A stretch of DNA of 17,404 nucleotides from a virus. A program made the position numbers and the translations under genes. Below, one piece after another: positions 15,864 through 17,404 of the stretch; the stretch's first letter is position 1; each line of letters begins with the position of its first letter. The DNA is taken from the UHGV virus genome UHGV-2147075; one strand, given 5' to 3'. The notes beneath the pieces were generated by a model. That model did no database searches, was not told the DNA's origin, and saw only the letters and a list, made by a program, of their open reading frames with translations.

Positions 15864-16324
15864 TCGCTTTCCTCATAGTTCACTTCGGTTAACAGCGGGC
15901 CGGACGGTAAATCGCTGTCTTCGATAAAGACGCTTTCAGTCGCGAAGTCGAGGGCGTACTGCCACAGCCCCCTGACTTCACCGATAAACACCTCGCGGGT
16001 CAGCCAGATACGGCGGCGGCAGCCGGGCGGGGTGTGGCCACCGAGAATGCGGCGGACAGCATCCAGGACATTAATCGCCCCTTTTTTACCGTTGAGCTGG
16101 CGGAAGACCACCGTGACGCAGAGCTGGATAGTCTGAGACTGGATCACCGCACCGGTATCATCCGGCCTGTCAAAGCGCGAACCGGCATAGCTCAACAGCA
16201 ACGCGCCAACCGGATGGTTCAGGCGATATTCAGCCGGTTTCTCCGGGAAGTACTCCACCTGCAGTTGCGGCAGCTTCTCGCGTAACCGGGCCAGTACCGC
16301 ATCAAGGACGGGCAGAACGTTCAT
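15860..16324 (-). CDS. phage protein, Mu gp37-position (probable tail completion/terminator)
   Basis: 154 codons; ATG at 16322-16324 overlapping the upstream stop (ATGA); assigned by synteny. Confidence 0.65.
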   Translation of the reverse strand: MNVLPVLDAVLARLREKLPQLQVEYFPEKPAEYRLNHPVGALLLSYAGSRFDRPDDTGAVIQSQTIQLCVTVVFRQLNGKKGAINVLDAVRRILGGHTPPGCRRRIWLTREVFIGEVRGLWQYALDFATESVFIEDSDLPSGPLLTEVNYEESE

Positions 16325-16770
16325 CAGTATTTCTCCAGTAAACCGTCACGACCGCCGAAAGTGGCCGGGCGACTGCGTACACGAAACTCGCCAGGCTCAG
16401 GCACATCTTTCTGAGTGGACGGCAGCCCCAGCGTGAGCCTGTTATCACGTAACTCCCTGAGTTGCCGCAGCGCTTCTTTGTGGTCATCCTTCACCGTATC
16501 CGGGAGGTCACCTTCCGGGCGGCGGGCGTAGAGCCGGTAACGGACCAGCGTGATGGCAATGTCCCGCAGAACAGTCGGTATCTCTGCCAGTGGCAGGATA
16601 TAGCGTCCGCGCAGATGGGCATCAATCAGCTCGTCGGCATAGCGGATACAGCTGTCCACCACACGGGTATTCACTGTTGCAGGCGAGTCGAAGTCCATCT
16701 CTTCACTGGTGAGCTCGATAAGCGTCCGCTCCGGCACCTGCGCAAGCAAATCCTCCAGGGTGCAGTACAT
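16324..16770 (-). CDS. phage protein, Mu gp36-position (DUF1320-like as recalled)
   Basis: Preferred start is ATG 16768-16770 (MYCTLEDLLAQ...), 1 nt after the upstream stop; the longer ORF-track start at 16932 would overlap the upstream gene by about 160 nt. Confidence 0.65.
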   Translation of the reverse strand: MYCTLEDLLAQVPERTLIELTSEEMDFDSPATVNTRVVDSCIRYADELIDAHLRGRYILPLAEIPTVLRDIAITLVRYRLYARRPEGDLPDTVKDDHKEALRQLRELRDNRLTLGLPSTQKDVPEPGEFRVRSRPATFGGRDGLLEKY

Positions 16771-16771
16771 G

Positions 16772-17110
16772 TCACACCCCGCGCAGGATACGAATGACGT
16801 CGCCTTCACCCCCGGCTTCATCAAGTGCAATACCACAGGATTTACCGTCGCCGGACTGCGGCACGGCTCTGGCCTGAGCATCTGACTGAACAGCCACACC
16901 ACGGCTGACAGCGGCCCCGGCCTCGACAGCAATAATGCCCAGAACGCTCACCGGCGTGCTGTCGCCGGTAACAGCATCCACTTCGGCAACCCCGAGCGCT
17001 GCGGCACCGGCTTTACAGGGGGTATTATCTGCCCCGACAAAACGCTGCTGTGCCAGTGCTGCCCCTGCCGTTACGGTTGTGATCAGAATGACCTGCTGAG
17101 TGGTTCCCAT
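16772..17110 (-). CDS. small Ala/Gly/Val-rich phage protein (Mu gp35-position; possibly DUF2190-like)
   Basis: 112 codons; strong SD AGGAGG upstream of ATG at 17108-17110; composition resembles small capsid-associated proteins; low confidence on function. Confidence 0.55.
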   Translation of the reverse strand: MGTTQQVILITTVTAGAALAQQRFVGADNTPCKAGAAALGVAEVDAVTGDSTPVSVLGIIAVEAGAAVSRGVAVQSDAQARAVPQSGDGKSCGIALDEAGGEGDVIRILRGV

Positions 17111-17119
17111 AACGCCTCC

Positions 17120-17404
17120 TTATTTACTGATACCGGTAATGAGATACCCGGCATCGCCACCAACCACGGCGACTTTGTAGATATCGGTATAACGGCAGTA
17201 CTTCACCTTGCCACCGGCTCCGTCGTATTTGTCGGCAACAGGCATCCCCTTACGACGCAGGGTGTAGCCGAAGGACGGCTCGTTCTCGTCCGCGCTGTCC
17301 GCCCCCGGCTGCGGTTTGCCGACATAGTGCAGCATCAGATTGTCTCCCCAGATATCCGCCGGCACGCTGTTCTTATCCATTGCCGCTTTCATGGACGGCA
17401 AGGA
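17120..17404 (-). CDS. 3' end of an upstream phage structural gene (probable major capsid protein), truncated by the window edge
   Basis: Frame is open to the window end (no start inside the window); TAA stop at 17120-17122; lies just upstream of the head-completion genes. Confidence 0.45.
   Translation of the reverse strand, partial: SLPSMKAAMDKNSVPADIWGDNLMLHYVGKPQPGADSADENEPSFGYTLRRKGMPVADKYDGAGGKVKYCRYTDIYKVAVVGGDAGYLITGISK

Larger units (their letters stand above)
1568..17404. mobile_element. Mu-like transposable prophage, right-hand portion (continues beyond window end)
   Basis: Contiguous minus-strand block of phage tail and head-completion genes with overlapping stop/start codons, invertase plus invertible fibre segment at the end, terminal sequence beginning TG directly abutting a disrupted host gene. 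Confidence 0.9.

Noticed and set aside
16324-16932. Long form (202 codons) of the gp36-position gene starting at 16932
   Set aside because: Would overlap the upstream gene by about 160 nt; an ATG at 16768-16770 sits 1 nt after the upstream stop and gives a normal coupled arrangement.
1-17404. Identity with the e14 element (Pin invertase plus invertible fibre segment)
   Set aside because: e14 is a lambdoid remnant integrated at icd. Here the element ends in a Mu-like terminus inside psiF and carries a contractile-tail gene set (sheath, tube, D/V/W/J/I baseplate).

Overview
The window is a chromosome/prophage junction from an Escherichia-type genome. Bases 1-1416 are a complete phoA; 1535-1567 is an 11-codon 5' stub of psiF cut by an insertion. 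From 1568 to the window end is the right-hand ~15.8 kb of a Mu-family transposable prophage, with all phage genes but one on the minus strand. The prophage terminus starts with TG and its last ~45 bp closely resemble the phage Mu right end as I recall it. Reading inward: a Gin/Pin-family serine invertase; a ~1.6-kb invertible tail-fibre segment with 26-bp gix-like crossover sites, ~195-bp inverted repeats, two alternative fibre C-terminal cassettes and only one tfa chaperone gene; the tail fibre; baseplate genes (I, J, W, V, D-like); X; U; a tape measure gene with an internal 261-bp duplication; tail-chaperone ORFs overlapping in a +1/-2 (not -1) frame; tube; sheath; four small head/tail-completion genes; and the 3' end of a probable capsid gene. 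A 40-N assembly gap lies inside the left inverted repeat. No rRNA, tRNA or CRISPR was seen. Family assignments are from motif recognition and gene order, not from searches.
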